From assembly GCF_016432865.1 (NCBI RefSeq), contig NC_067401.1, forward strand, positions 185,504,001-185,568,000: a stretch of DNA of 64,000 nucleotides, read 5' to 3'. The notes beneath the pieces were generated by a model that saw nothing but the letters and a program-made list of their open reading frames with translations, searched no databases and had not been told where the DNA came from. Position numbers and translations under genes: made by a program. Of the stretch, positions 22,966 to 36,197 are shown piece by piece (within the stretch, counting starts at the first letter, position 1; each line of letters begins with the position of its first letter). Source of the stretch: Antechinus flavipes (lineage: Eukaryota).

Positions 22966-23560
22966 TGTGGGAACCCCCTTTTGGGCAGCGCAGTTCCTTC
23001 ATAAATGAATTTAACCCAAAAAGTTAAACTGGCAAAAAAGGTTTATTATTGGCATTGGGAAGTCAGACTTTGCTAGAAAGACTGAATTCCCTGGTGGCAA
23101 GGTTCTGACAGAGGGATATAAAGTTTCTAGTGGAAAAATCCTATCCTAGCTGAGAAATCCCGGCAGGAAGGTAAAGAGGGCATAGTCCTGTTAGGGAAAT
23201 AGGTGAGAAAGATAAAGATGGAGTAACACTGAAAAAGAATGTCATTTCAGCGGGCAAAGGGTTGCTGCCATGCTAAGGGGAGAAGGAGGTTCCTTGGAAT
23301 GGCATATTAGGTCTTCTGCAAGGAGATGGATTAAAGGAAACTTGTTTTATGAGCAGCTCTTGGGTGAGGGCTGGGAGCAGTTTGAGCTGGAATCAGAATA
23401 GAAAATCTTGGAATTGAATGAGTGTCTCTGGGCTAGCTCAGGCTAAGTAGGAATAGTCCTGGACTCAACCTGTCCCACCCAGATAACAGAATGAAACCAT
23501 TTTATCTTAATTTCCTGGGGTAGGTCACTCAGGGGAGAGCTTAGTGTTCCCCCCAAAGTC
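22966..23560 (-). mobile_element. Solo LTR (ERV1-like family shared with copy at ~39949-41060)
   Basis: Minus strand contains ttcccaatgccaataataaac poly(A) block and ends ggggttcccaCA; same block on plus strand at ~40770-40870. Confidence 0.7.
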
Positions 23561-24069
23561 AGAGAGAGAAAAAAAAGAGTTTTGGAGCTCCCTCATTACT
23601 ATCCTCCATTGTCTCCCAATTAAAAACAGGTGAAAAACCATGTATGATGAGTAATTTAGTAAAACATGCATATAGAAAACATCCAAAAATATATGTTTTC
23701 CTTCATACCTAGAATCCATTACACCTCTGTCAAGATGTTGATCACAGTTTTTTAAGTCTTTGAAAATTACTTTTCTTAGCCCGGAGAAACTTAAAAAAAC
23801 TGTTGCTGAGTGAATTGAACAGAATCAGAAAAACACTGTACAGAGTAACAGCAGGTTTATGTGATGATCTACCATGAAAGTCTTAGCTCTTCTTAGATTT
23901 ACAGTGATCCAAGCCAATTCCAATAGAATTGGGATAGAAAATGCCATTGACATCTGGAGAGAGAACCATAGAGACTGAAAGAATGAAGCATATTTTTTCA
24001 CCTTTTTTTCTCTGCTTTTTTTTTCCTTTATGGTTTTTTCCCTTTTGTTCTGATTTCCTTTCACAACTT

Positions 24070-24613
24070 GACTAAAATGGAAATATGTTTAAAATGATGT
24101 ATATATATAACCTATATTAGATTGCTTTCTATCTTGGAGAGCTGTGGGGAGATTGGGGAGGGAGGGAAGGATAAAAAAAAAAATTTGGAACTCAAAATCT
24201 CACAAAAGTGAATGTTGAAAACTATTGCTACATGCAACCAGAAAATAAAATACTATTGAACTAAATATTTTTCTTTGTAATGCCATTATGTAAATTATTA
24301 TTCTCACTTTACTCTTTAATTCATACTTCCCAGAAGGTTCATCATTTATTAGAGTACAATAATATTCTACTACATTCAAAAATATAACTTGTCCATATAT
24401 TTATTTCACATATTTATTCCTCAATTAATGGATGCCCCTTTAATTTCTAGTTATTTTCTTCTTTTTTCTTTTCTTTTTTATTTCTTAAGGATCAGAAAGT
24501 TTGTTTGGCTTGTCACTGCCATTAACAGTATTTTCTTTCTTAAATCCAACTCTCCCTATCCCTACCTGTTTCCCTGTTAAGTCTGATATATTTATATACC
24601 AAACTCTTTTTAG

Positions 24614-24671
<58 letters not shown>

Positions 24672-25650
24672 AACATACTATTGTCCCAGTTCAGGTAAGA
24701 ATGGGCTATTTGATGTTCTTCCAATCACTTCCTTCTCAGTGTTTATAAAATTCTCACCCACCTCAATTAAGAGAATGGTAAATTTCATCCCTTCCTTCTC
24801 TCTACACCACTGCATCCATTTTTTACTCTCCACTTTATTTTCTCAAAACCCTCACAGTAGACCTAACCCACTTTCAGATCCTGTTTATCTTAACTTCCTT
24901 GAAGACATTAAGGATGTGAAGGAATATATTTTTTTCTTCTATTAGAATATGAGCCTTTCTTCATAATACAGTTCCTTCCAAATGCTGAAATAAATTTACC
25001 TTCCTAAGTTTCTCTTGATTTTTGTGTTAGCATTTCAAAATTCTTTCTCTGCTCTGGTTTTTTCCTCTAGTCAGTGGCTTTTTGAAATATATTCCAAGAT
25101 TTCTTCTTTATAGCCAAAGCTTCTAAGCCTTATGTGAATCCTGACTTAGCTAACTCCTTGGTACTTCAGCTTTTTCTTTTTGCCTATTTTGTAGCATTTC
25201 TTTTTGACACAAAAGCTTTGGAAGATATTCCTAGAACTTTGTTGGGGGGGGGGGACTTTTTAAAGGAGTTGATCAGAACATTCTTTCTATTTTAGCTTTC
25301 CTCTCTGATTCTAAAAGATCTGATTAATTTTTGTTTATGATTTTTTTTTGGTAAAGACTTTTAAAAAAATATTATGTTTTTTTAAGGGAGTCTTTTGATT
25401 TAAATATTTTCTCCCAGAAGTATTTTTAAGTCAGTTGCTTCTGATGGTAGCTATCTTAAATTTTCTTTTTTTTTTTTATCTTTGATTTTTTTTGTTTTAA
25501 TTTTTTTGGCCATATTATGCATCATTTATATTTGTTCTGTTTTACTTTTTTAAGGGTAAGGTTTGCCATTTTTTTCAAAGTTATTTATTCTCCTAATTCT
25601 TCTAGAAATTTTATTTCACTTTTTAAATCTCTTGCTTCATGTTGTCTAAG
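24070..25650. mobile_element. Cluster of older LINE-1 fragments in both orientations
   Basis: L1 3' UTR on plus (24070-24262) and T-rich antisense L1 body fragments (24330-25650). Confidence 0.6.
24616..24669. repeat. (GT)n microsatellite
   Basis: ~27 perfect units. Confidence 0.98.
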
Positions 25651-27789
25651 TAGGGAAAACCCATTATTTTCCATTTGATTCTCTGCTTGTAGTTATCATA
25701 GACTTTACTCTTCCTACATAAAGATAAATTATTGTTAAGTGCTTACTCTGTACCAGGTATTATGCTAAATGTTGGAAATACAAATTTAAAAAAATTCTAT
25801 TTTCAAGAAGATTATATTCTAATCAAAGACAAAACATTAAAAAATTGAAAAGAGTGTGTGAGAGTTATTAATTTGTTATTTTCCAAGTTAATATGCTATC
25901 AACAGGGATCTATTTCTTCTATCTGAATTTGACACCACTGCTTTAAAGCAGGGATTCTTTATTCTTTCTTTGCCTAAAAAATGCCAGACACATAGTTAAT
26001 AAATACTTGTTGAATAATTGATTAATTTGCATCTTCAGATGTGTCTTGTATTCTTTTGATATTATAAAATCTCCAAAGTGGATCTTCCCTGATCCAACCC
26101 TGCAATAAAGGATTTCATATTTTCTTAGTGTCCATTATTCTTGCTATTCTCTGCAGTGAATAGAAAGGCTATATAAATATTAAATGTTGAGACCTCGCTC
26201 ACATACAAAACCATTCTACTAGAACTAATACTAGTAGAATTATTCCAAATAAAAGACAAAAATACCAAATGGATTTCCTGGCTCTACACATAAATAGATT
26301 CTACTTCTCTCTTGTTATGTAGAACCCCATTAGGAAACTCCAGATATACAATATGTAACTCAAATATAGACAGACCATATCCTTACACGAGTGCTAGAAA
26401 TGTCTCCAGTAATCTTCATAAAACAACTGGAATAGAATTGTTACCTTGGGATCCAGTGTCAAGTACATCAAGCTGTCAATGCTTTCAATCCATTGGTACA
26501 CAGAGGCCTATCAGTCCAGTTGGAAAGGAACAAGGAAAGATTTATGGGCAGAGATTTTTTAGGAGTCTGGTGTCCAAATCCTCTGTTCTGATATATTTTG
26601 GTAACCATCTAGCAAACAAATCTGATTTTGAATAAATCTAACATGCATGAGAATCTTGTCTATAATTGTAGCAATATTACTATTCTATTTGAGAACATAT
26701 CTTTTATTTGGTTTCTAAATTAGGTGGCCCCTGCCTCTAAAACTAGATCTCTCTCTTGTCCTTTTATAAGCTGTCACTTTGAACAACAATTTGATTCCCA
26801 GATTCCTTGGCTCCTTCCATGAGATCTGTTTGATCTGAGTTAACAGCTGTTTTGGTCTAAGTAGCTTATTGTAGAGGGGGTTGCTTTGGGCCACTGATTA
26901 TCTATCTCATTCACCTTTGAGTGTTCTCTCAAGTCATTCTTTCATATTTCCTTTCCCATTCAACCTGATCAAGTTGTAGGACCTGGGAGTTCCTGAAGCT
27001 AATGGTGGAATAGTTGTAGTTTGAAATTTAAAATATCTAATTCCTAATCCCTTGGGTCAATTTTTTGTAATTTATATACTCCATGTTTGGTCAGTGGTCT
27101 CTGGAACAACTTATCTGATCTTAGTACAAAGTTAGAGAGATTCTCTTTGTCTTGTGAATAGATTCACAATGATACATGCTCTTTATACTATTAGAAGTAC
27201 CAAATTGTTTAATTCAACAATTGTGAACATTCTAATATTGTCATTTGCAATATTGTATTGCCGGGTAGCTATGTAGTCTTAAAGACAGATCCCCTCAAGT
27301 TCTCTAATCACTTGATCCTCTTAGCCATCCCTGCTTCATATCTAGTGGTAATTTGAGTCAGGTACCAAATGTATCCTTCCCCTTGAAAATAATCATTTTT
27401 TTGTAGTGGACACACTTGGATTGTACTGCTTGATTGTTAGCATGACTCAAAGGCTGAGACTAAACCTCAGCTGGTATCAGACATTTGAATGAGAGAGTAT
27501 TACATTCCCTAGCAGGATCTTTCATAATCCACAATCCATCCTGCATTCTCTTGGACTGACATCAGAAATGATCAGAAAAGGAAGAATTAGTAATTAATTT
27601 CAAAGTGCCCCATTTTCCAGTTATTTCTTTTTTTAAAATTTAAAATATCTTATTGCTAAAAATGTTAATCATTATCTGAACCTTCAGCAAGATGTAATCT
27701 TTATGCTGGTAGAGGGTCTTTCCATGATATTGATGGCTGCTGACTAATTAGGATGATGGTTATTGGAGGCTGAGGTGCATGGCAATTTC

Positions 27790-28575
27790 TTTATTTTTAA
27801 AAAATAACAGCTTTTTATTTTCAAAATACATGCATAGATAGTTTTCAACATTCACCCTTGCAAAACCTTGTGTTCCAAAATTTTCTCCCTTCCTTTCCTC
27901 TACCCGCTACCCTAGATAGCAAGTAATTCTAATATATGTTAAACATATGCAATTTTTCTATACACATTTCTACATTTGTCATGCTGCAGAAGAAAAATCA
28001 GCTCAAAAAGGAAAAAAGGAAAGAAGCAAACAAAAAAAAACTATGAAAATACTATGTTGTGATCCATATTCAGTCCCCACAGCCCTCTTTCTAGATACAG
28101 ATGGCTCTCTTCATTGTAAGTCCTATTGGAATTAGCCTGAATCACCTCACTGTTGAAAAGAGGCCTATCACAGTTGATCATCGCATAATCTTCTTGTTGC
28201 TATGTACAATATTCTTTTGGTTCTGCTCATTTCACTTAGTATTAGTACATATAAGTCTCTCCAGGCCTTTCTGAAATCATCCTGCTGATAAATTTGTAAT
28301 AAAACAATAATATTCTATAACATTCATTTACCATAATTTTTTCAGCCATTCTCTAGATGATGGGTATCCATTCAGTTTCCAATTCCTTTACACTACAGAA
28401 AGGGCTGCTATAAACTTTTTTGCACATGTGGGTCCTTTTCCCTTTTTTTATGATTTCTTTGGGATACAAGCCCAATAGAGACACTGATGGATGGAAAGAT
28501 ATTCCCAGTTTGATAGCCCTTTGGGTATAGTTCCATAATCCTCTCCAGAATGGTTGGACCAGTTCATAACTCCTA
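27790..28575 (-). mobile_element. LINE-1 3' end, same subfamily type as 17342-18030
   Basis: agctttttattttcaaaa...cccctagatagcaag...cacatgtgggtccttttccc. Confidence 0.85.
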
Positions 28576-28581
28576 GGTGTC

Positions 28582-28715
28582 TTTTTTTTTCTCCCTGAGG
28601 CAATTGGGGCTAAATGATTTGCCCAAGGTCACACAGCTAGGAAGTGTGTTAAGTATCTGAGACCAGAATATGAATTTCAGGACTGGTGCTCTACCTACTA
28701 CACCAGCTAGCTGCC
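28582..28715 (-). mobile_element. WSINE1-type SINE
   Basis: T-tail + gaggcaattgggg...cccaaggtcacacagctaggaagtg...ctagctgcc. Confidence 0.8.
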
Positions 28716-29415
28716 TCCATCCCAGGTATTTCTTTAGCTATATGGGGAAGCACCCAAGTTTCAAAAAGGCATATAGGTTTATATTTGTTCTCTTTTCTGA
28801 ATACCTTCCCCAGAATCCTAAATCACATCAGAGTCAATAGCAAAGTGCAAAATTCTTTTAGTGTGGTACCCTTTTAACACTTCATAAGCATACCCCAAAC
28901 AAGTAGTTCTTGGTGAGGGCTCATACAGAATCCCTGAATTCAGAGCCATCTAATTTAGCCCATAAACAAAAGGAATCTTCTCTATAACATACCTGACCAG
29001 GAGTTATCCAGGAGTTATCTACTCAACGACCTTAAATGAGGGAGAATTCACCACCTCCCATTCTACTTTTTAACAACACTAATTGCTAGGAAAAAAATTT
29101 TTTTCTGACATCAAGCTTATGTTTAGTTCATTAAAATTACCATCTATTTTTCACGGTTTTATCTTTTTTTTTTAATGTGTTTATTCTTGGTGGAGAAATC
29201 ATTTTGTTGAAGAAAAAAGCAACAAAAGGATTAGGTCTGGTCCTATGCTTTAATTGGTGTAGGGAATACCTGGATGAGGAAACTCACTGACCTAGTGGAG
29301 GTCAGCACCAGCTCTCCATAGCAAATCCCTAAAGAATTAAAAGGATCATTGGAGAACCCAGGTCTTCTTGACTCTCTTATATAGGTTTAAAAAGAAGGGC
29401 AAACACAAAGAAACC

Positions 29416-29547
29416 NNNNNNNNNNNNNNNNNNNNNNNNNNNNNNNNNNNNNNNNNNNNNNNNNNNNNNNNNNNNNNNNNNNNNNNNNNNNNNNNNNNNN
29501 NNNNNNNNNNNNNNNNNNNNNNNNNNNNNNNNNNNNNNNNNNNNNNN
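29416..29547. other. Assembly gap (132 N)
   Basis: Run of N. Confidence 1.
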
Positions 29548-29609
29548 AAATTACCCTGGCATTGGTTCTGTCAATAAAAAGTTATTAAAAATAAATAAAT
29601 AAATAATGT

Positions 29610-30390
29610 ATTGGAAATCAAACAGAAGAGAATAAGGGAATGAGAGGAAAGGAAATGGAGGCATCTATTGTAAACTGCCTTCTCAAGTTATTTAGTGGGA
29701 AAAAAGAGAGGAAAGATGTGAGAAGATAGCTAGTGGGGATTTGTGAGTCAATTGAGGGTTTTTGGATGTTGGGAGAAACATGAGCATGTTTGTAGGCAAT
29801 AGGAAAACAGCCAAGGAAAAACGGAAGAATTAATGAGAAAATATGAATGTTAGAACAGGCAATCTGGTGGGATGGAATGAGATAAGTAGTTTAGGTAGAA
29901 GGATTTGTTTTAGCAAGGAGAAGGGCAACCTCATTATGTGTGATAGGTGTGAGAAGAAGTTGGTAGCAGAAGGCATCTGTGTGATATGAGACAGGGAGCT
30001 CTCTATGCAATGCCTTAATTTTTTTCAGTTAAGTATGAGGCAAGGTTCTTACCTTTAACATCATCTATCTCTTCTCTTTTCATCTAGTCTCTGAAAATAA
30101 GGTAGCTCTTTTATTTAATTTGCCAAGGCCAATCTGTATATATCCTCTCCATTCCTTTCTCCAGCATATTATTACAACCTCAGTCATCAATCTCTTTTTA
30201 TCTACTAGTTCCTTTCCTATCACCTTCAAACATTACTAAGTCTCCTTCTTAAAAAAAATTCATTAGTTGCTAACATCCCCAGAAACTATTATTCAAATAC
30301 CCTACCTTTTTCAGCCATAATCTTAGAAAAATTATCAAAATGATTCAATTGAGCAAAATTCTTTTTTCTGAGTTACCCATTATTTCCCAC
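29610..30390. mobile_element. Ancient L2 fragments in inverted arrangement (minus ~29610-30060, plus ~30060-30390)
   Basis: gggagaaacatgagcatgtttgtaggc (antisense L2 ORF) then tgccaaggccaatc...tagttcctttcctatcaccttcaaacat (sense L2). Confidence 0.55.
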
Positions 30391-31239
30391 CAACCAATCA
30401 TAAGAGTGAATACCTGAAATTCATGACTGTTTTGTACTTGGATGACCAGGAAGTCCCTTCCTGAATCACTGCCTTCTCATGACAGAGTGCCTTGTGTAAC
30501 TCAATGAAACCATAAACTATGCCATGCAGAATTACCCAAGATGGACAGTTCATAATGCAGACTTCTGACAAAATGTGAATCACTGGAGAAGAAAATGGCA
30601 AACCACTTCATTCGTATTTTTGCCAAGAAAACCAGTGGACAATACTAAAATTGTAGAGGACATCAGAAGATGAGTCCCTCAGCTAGAAATATGTCCAATA
30701 TGCTGCTGGGGAAGAGTAGAAGATAACTACAAGCAGCTTCAGTGCCAATGAAGAGACTGAGCCAAAGCCAAAAGGAGATTGAACTGTGTATGTGCCTGGT
30801 GATGAAAGGAAAATCTGATACTGTAAAAATTAGTATTGCATAGGAACTTGGAATATAAAATCTATAAACCAAGGTAAACTGTGGATATGCTCAAAGAAGA
30901 GATGAAAAATGAAATGTAAACATATTGGGTATCAGTGAACCAAAATGAATGAGAATGGATGACTTTAATTCAAATGATCACTACATACATTTCTGTGGGC
31001 AAGAATTCCTTAGAAGAAATAAGTTAACCCTCATAAAAGAATGAGAAAAGTAGTATTGGGATATAATCTCAAAAATGGCCAAATTAAACCTGTTCAAGTT
31101 CAGGGCTGTTCAATATCACAATAACATAAATCAATATCAGAATAACATAAATCAACCACTGATGTCAAAGACGCTAAAATTTATAAGTTCTTGAAGATAT
31201 ACATTTTCTAGAAACAACATCAAAAAAGATGTCACATTC

Positions 31240-32039
31240 TGTAATGTTCTTATTGGTTTTCTGGAGGTCTTGGAGCAGCCTTCATTTCAGCCAAGTAATC
31301 ACCACGAGAATAGCCAGGTGTTAAAGCCCAAAGTCCAAATTCTTTATTGTCTTCTTGCCTTAGACCTAGATTAGCTTTCTTGAGAGCCTTGCAGACCAGC
31401 CTTGGTCTCAGTAGGGGAAGTGCAGGAGGCCAGCCTCTCATACCAGGTGGTATGAGATAAAGTGAATCTGTCTCTGAGTCTGTCCCACTGATATGCTCTA
31501 TTTTAATTACATTATCATAGGTGTGAATCTTTTTTTTTTTTTTTTAATTTTTTATTTAATAATTACATTATATTGACACTCATTTCTGTTCCGATTTTTT
31601 TCCCCTCCCTCCCTCCACCCCCTCCCCTAGATGGCAAGCAGTCCTTTATATGTTGGATATGTTGCAGTATATCCTAGATACAATATATGTTTGCAGAACC
31701 GAACAGTTCTCTTGTTGCGTAGGGAGAATTGGATTCAGAAGGTATAAATAATCCGGGAAGAAAAACAAAAATGCAGATAGTTCACATTCGTTTCCCAGTG
31801 TTCTTTCTTTGGGTGTAGCTCCTTTTGTCCGTCATTTATCAATTGAAACTCAGGTCTCTTTGTCAAAGACATCCACTTCCATCAAAATATGTCATAGGTG
31901 TGAATCTTGTAGAACTATATTAAATACTAAGTACATGTACTGAACTATGCTAAACTACATGACCATTGTCTTATCAATTCCACTGACTTAACACCTCATA
32001 AGAATCTTTGCTTCAAGTAGAGAATTCTGGCCTATAACA
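31240..32039 (-). mobile_element. Solo LTR inserted in the RTE endonuclease region (itself carrying an L1)
   Basis: TG...CA termini, TSD acattc (31234-31239)/acatcc (32040-32045), minus-strand AATAAA near 31343; RTE sequence resumes in register on both sides. Confidence 0.8.
31532..31891 (-). mobile_element. Young 5'-truncated L1 (360 bp) with perfect 17-bp TSD
   Basis: TSD tcataggtgtgaatctt at 31515-31531 and 31892-31908; poly-T tail; CpGs retained. Confidence 0.92.
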
Positions 32040-32404
32040 ACATCCATGGTAGGGGATTGGAATGCTAAAGTTAGAAATCAAATTGGAATAACAAGCAAGC
32101 TTGGCCTTAGAATACAAAATGAAATAGGGCAGAAACTAACAGAGCTCTGTTAAGATAACTCAACCACCCAAAAATATGTGACTATCATTAGATGATCAAT
32201 ATAGAAATCAGATTGATTATATACTTTTCAGCTTAAAGTGGAAAAGTTCTATATAGTCAGTTAAAACAAGAGCTGGGACTGCCTGTGGCTCAGATCATGA
32301 GCAACCACTTCTCCTCCTCCTCCTCCTGCTGCTCCTCTTCTTCTTTCTTCTTTTCATTCTCCTTCTCTCTCTTCTCTTCCTCTTTCTTATTTCCACAATC
32401 TTTT

Positions 32405-32690
32405 GGTTTTATTTTTCCTTAATAGAATTTTATTTTCCCCCAATTACATGTAAAATAATTTTCAGCATTCATCTTTGTAAGATTTTAAGCTCCAAATTTT
32501 TCTCCCTCTTTTCCTTCCTTCCCTCTTCCCCAAGATAGCAAGCAATCTGAATCATTATTCATGTATATATTATACATTATAATTATACATGTGTAATCAT
32601 GTTAAAATATATTTACACATTAGTCATGCTATGAAAGAAGACTCAAAACAAAAGGGGAAAATCACAAGAAAGGGGGAAAAGAAGAGAAAA
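32405..32690 (-). mobile_element. L1 3' UTR fragment inside the RTE
   Basis: ttttccccaattacatgtaaaataattttcagcattc...ccccaagatagcaagcaatctg. Confidence 0.7.
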
Positions 32691-33222
32691 TAGTAAAATC
32701 ATGAACTTGTAGTAAAATTCAGACTTAAAATGAAGACCGTAGGGAAAATCTATTATATAGATATGGTATATATAGGCATGACTTAAATAACATCCCTTAT
32801 GAATATAAAGTGGAGATGATGGATAGATTTAAGGGATTAGATCTGCTAGATAGACTGCCTAAAAAATTATAGAGTATAACAACAAATACATTCCAAAGAA
32901 AAAGAGCAAGAAAGCAAATGGCTGCCTGATGAGCTTTACAAATAGTTGAAGAAAGGAAAATGAGAAAAGGGAAGATATACCTAACTAAATTGCAGAATTC
33001 CACAGAACAGCAAGGAGAAATAAGATTTTCATAAATAAATAATGCAAAGAAGTAGAAGAAAACACTAGAATGAGAAAAACAAGAGATCTGTTCAAGAAAA
33101 TTAGAGCTATCAAAGAAATACTGGGCATGATAAAAATCAGGAATAGTAGGAATTTAACAGAAGAAGAAAAGATTAAGAAGATGTGATAAGAATATACAAA
33201 ATACCTACATAAGAAAGATCTT

Positions 33223-33371
33223 TTTTTTTTTTTTTCCTGAGGCAGTTGGGGTTAAGTGACTTGCCTAGGGTCACACAGCTAGGAAGTGTTAAGAGTCTGA
33301 GGCTGGATTTGAACTCTGGTCCTCCTGACTTCAGGACTAGTGCTCTATCCACTGCGCCACCTAGCTGCCCT
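33223..33371 (-). mobile_element. WSINE1-type SINE inserted in the RTE
   Basis: Full-length with T-tail; 15-bp TSD cataagaaagatctt/catgagaaacatctt (2 mismatches) at 33208-33222 and 33372-33386. Confidence 0.88.
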
Positions 33372-33525
33372 CATGAGAAACATCTTAACATCAATAACCA
33401 TGATAGTGTGGGTACTTATCTAGAGTCAGATGTTCTAGTGAATAAAGTCAAGTGGCTTAAAAAGCATTGTTAACAATAAAGCTAGACTAGAATTCCAGCT
33501 GAGCTATTTAAAACATTAAAAGATG

Positions 33526-33660
33526 GGGGCAACTAGGTGGCACAGTGGATAGAGTACCAGCCCTAAAGTTCAAATCTGGCCTTAGACACTTCCTAGCTAC
33601 GTGACCCTGGGCAAGTCAATTGCCTCTGCAAAACAAACAAACAAACAAACAAAAAACAAC
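33526..33660 (+). mobile_element. WSINE1-type SINE with (CAAA)n tail inside the RTE
   Basis: ggggcaactaggtggcacagtggatag...gaccctgggcaagtcaattgcctc + caaa repeats. Confidence 0.8.
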
Positions 33661-35244
33661 ACTGAAAGATGTTGTTAATGCACTTGCATTCAATATGCCA
33701 GCAAATTTGGAAAACACAACAGTGATCACTATATTGAAAAAGATCCATTTATTGAATAATTATGCTTATTTCATATGCCAGCAAGGTTATGCTTAAGATT
33801 CTGTAAACCAGATCTCAGCAACAGAGAATTACTAGAAAAGCAGGCCGTTTTTTGAAGAGGTAGAGAATAAGAGACCAAATTGCCTACATTTGCTGACAAG
33901 AGAGTTCCAGAAAAACATCTATTTTTGATTCATTGACTAGAGGAAAGCCTGACTCTGTGGATCCCAACAAAATATGGCTAATCTTCAAAGAGATGGGAGC
34001 ACCTGTATATGGGCCTGAGAAACCAGTATATGGGCCAAAAAATAAGAACCAAACATGGAACAACTGATTAAAATTTGAAAAAGAATATGATAAAGCTGTC
34101 TATTGTCCCCTTATTTATTTAACTTATCACATCATGTGAAATTCCAGGCTGGATGAATCAAAAGCTGGAATTAAGGTTGCTAGGAGAAATATCAATAATC
34201 TCAGATATGCAGAAGATATTGTGAAAGTGAAGAGAATTAAGAAGTCTCTTAATGGGGAAGAAAAAGGAGAGTTTACAAAGCTGGCTTGAAGCTTAACATC
34301 AAAAAAACAAAAACAAAATGCTAAGATCTTGGCAACTGGTCCCATCACTTCCCTGGCAAATAGAAGGAGAAGAAATGAAAACAGTGTCAGATTTTATGTT
34401 CTTGGTCTCAAAGATCACTGCAGATGGTGACTGTGGTCATGAAATTAAAAGATGTTTGCTCCTTAGAAGGAAAACTGACAAATTTGAATAGCATACTACA
34501 AAGCAGAGATATCACTTTGCTAACTAAAGCTCATAGAGTCAAAACTGTTTTTTTCTGTAGGAACAGCTCAGAATCAACATTTTTGAATTGTGGTGCAGGA
34601 GAAGACTTTTGAGAATCCCTTGAATATTAAAGAGATCAAATCAGTTAATACCAAAAGAAGTTAATTCAGGATATTCACTAGAAATTCAAACACTAAAGCA
34701 TAGCTACATAATGAGGAGATAGGACCTATTGGGAAAGACCCTGATGGTGGAAAAGATTGAAGGAAAGGGGGGTGCAGAGAATGATATGGAGAGAAAGTAT
34801 CATGCAAATAACTGATATGAACTTCTAGGGATAGTAGAGGATAAGAAGGGCCTAGCATGCTTGGATCCAGAGTCAAATATGACTGAAGGACTGAACACAA
34901 ATAATAATCAGGAAGTGGTGTCAATAGGATGAACCTTCAGTCCCTTGAAGCAATCAAATTCTGGGGATAGTTTCAATATATTTTTTTTTTAATGTATACA
35001 TTTTAATTTATATTTGCTAAATGTTTCCATCTGAATCTGGTTGTTGTTTTGTTTTGGGTTTCAATACTTTTAAAAGAAAAATTTGTTAAACTTGCACAAG
35101 GAAAGATCTTAGAATATTGTTCTTACCATACTTTAGTCCTTGTTGGTAAGGTCCTTAAGGTACTCCAGAGTATTGAGGTTAAAATGCTCCAACAAACCAC
35201 ATGCAAATTCACAATATTCTACTGAACTTTGATTCAATGCATAA

Positions 35245-35392
35245 ACCAGATTAAAATGAATTGGGAAATATTTAACAAAATAAAAATACTATAACATACA
35301 TGTGGTTTTCTCAGTCAATATAGTTCATAGGGACCCATCTATATTTATATGTATCTAGTGGCCCCCATCTTTATTTATGTTTGACACTGTTT
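35245..35392 (-). mobile_element. hAT/Charlie-type MITE fragment
   Basis: Minus strand cagtgtcaaac...ggggccact...tattgactgagaaaaccacat...aaatatttcccaattcattttaatctgg resembles recalled marsupial hAT MITEs. Confidence 0.5.
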
Positions 35393-36197
35393 TCTAGAGG
35401 ATTTTCCACAGAAATATAGTGAGCTTAATAAATTAGGAAATACATGTAAAACATTTTGCCAACTTTAAAGTGCTACATAAATGTTTATTGTTATTATGTC
35501 TAGTGATAACTTCATTCCTTGGGCCTCCTACTAACATTTAAATTTCATCTACATTGTGAACATTTTCTTAAATCCAGACAATCAACAAAACAATAAATTA
35601 AGCATTGATTTGTAGCAATGTCAATTTAAGGTGTAAAATGTTCACACTGAAAATTTAACAATTTGTTCTTGAAAATTTCTTATAGCCCTAACATTTCCAG
35701 TAGTCTGCCAACAGTACCTCCTAGTACTCACTGAAGCCTCATAGAAAGTACTAAAGAAGAAAGAGAAACTAAGATGGATGTAACAGCAAAAACAAAACAA
35801 ACCCAACAATTGGAACAGCTCCCTAAAGATGATTGAATCTGCCTGAAATCTGGTGATGTCTGCATCCTGTGTCTAAATGAGAAATCCATATAATGGGTAA
35901 TGTCAAATCTTTGCCATTAATAGTATTTTTAAAAAGTAAACTTAAGTGGGAGTGACACTAGCAACATCAAAAATATAGCAAAGATGGTGGAACTTCCTTG
36001 TTTTTGTTGTTTAGTTGTTTCTGACTCTTCACAACTGCTTTTGGGGTTTTCTTATTAAAGATACTGGAACAGTTTACCACTTTTTTTGTCTAGCTCATTT
36101 TATAGATTATATGACTTGCACAGGATTACCTATCTAGTAATCGGATTTTAACTTGGGAAATTGAGTCTTCTTGACTCCAGGCCTAACTTGGTAGAAT

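Larger units (their letters stand above)
30400..34900 (+). mobile_element. Near full-length decayed BovB-like RTE LINE, interrupted by nested LTR, L1 and SINE insertions
   Basis: Collinear with recalled BovB: actggagaagaaaatggcaaaccacttc, tattgcataggaacttggaat (APE start), ggggattggaatgctaaag, tggctcagatcatga, aggattaaggttgct...gatatgcagaagat (RT YADD region), 3' end agtcaaatatgactgaaggactgaac. Confidence 0.88.
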
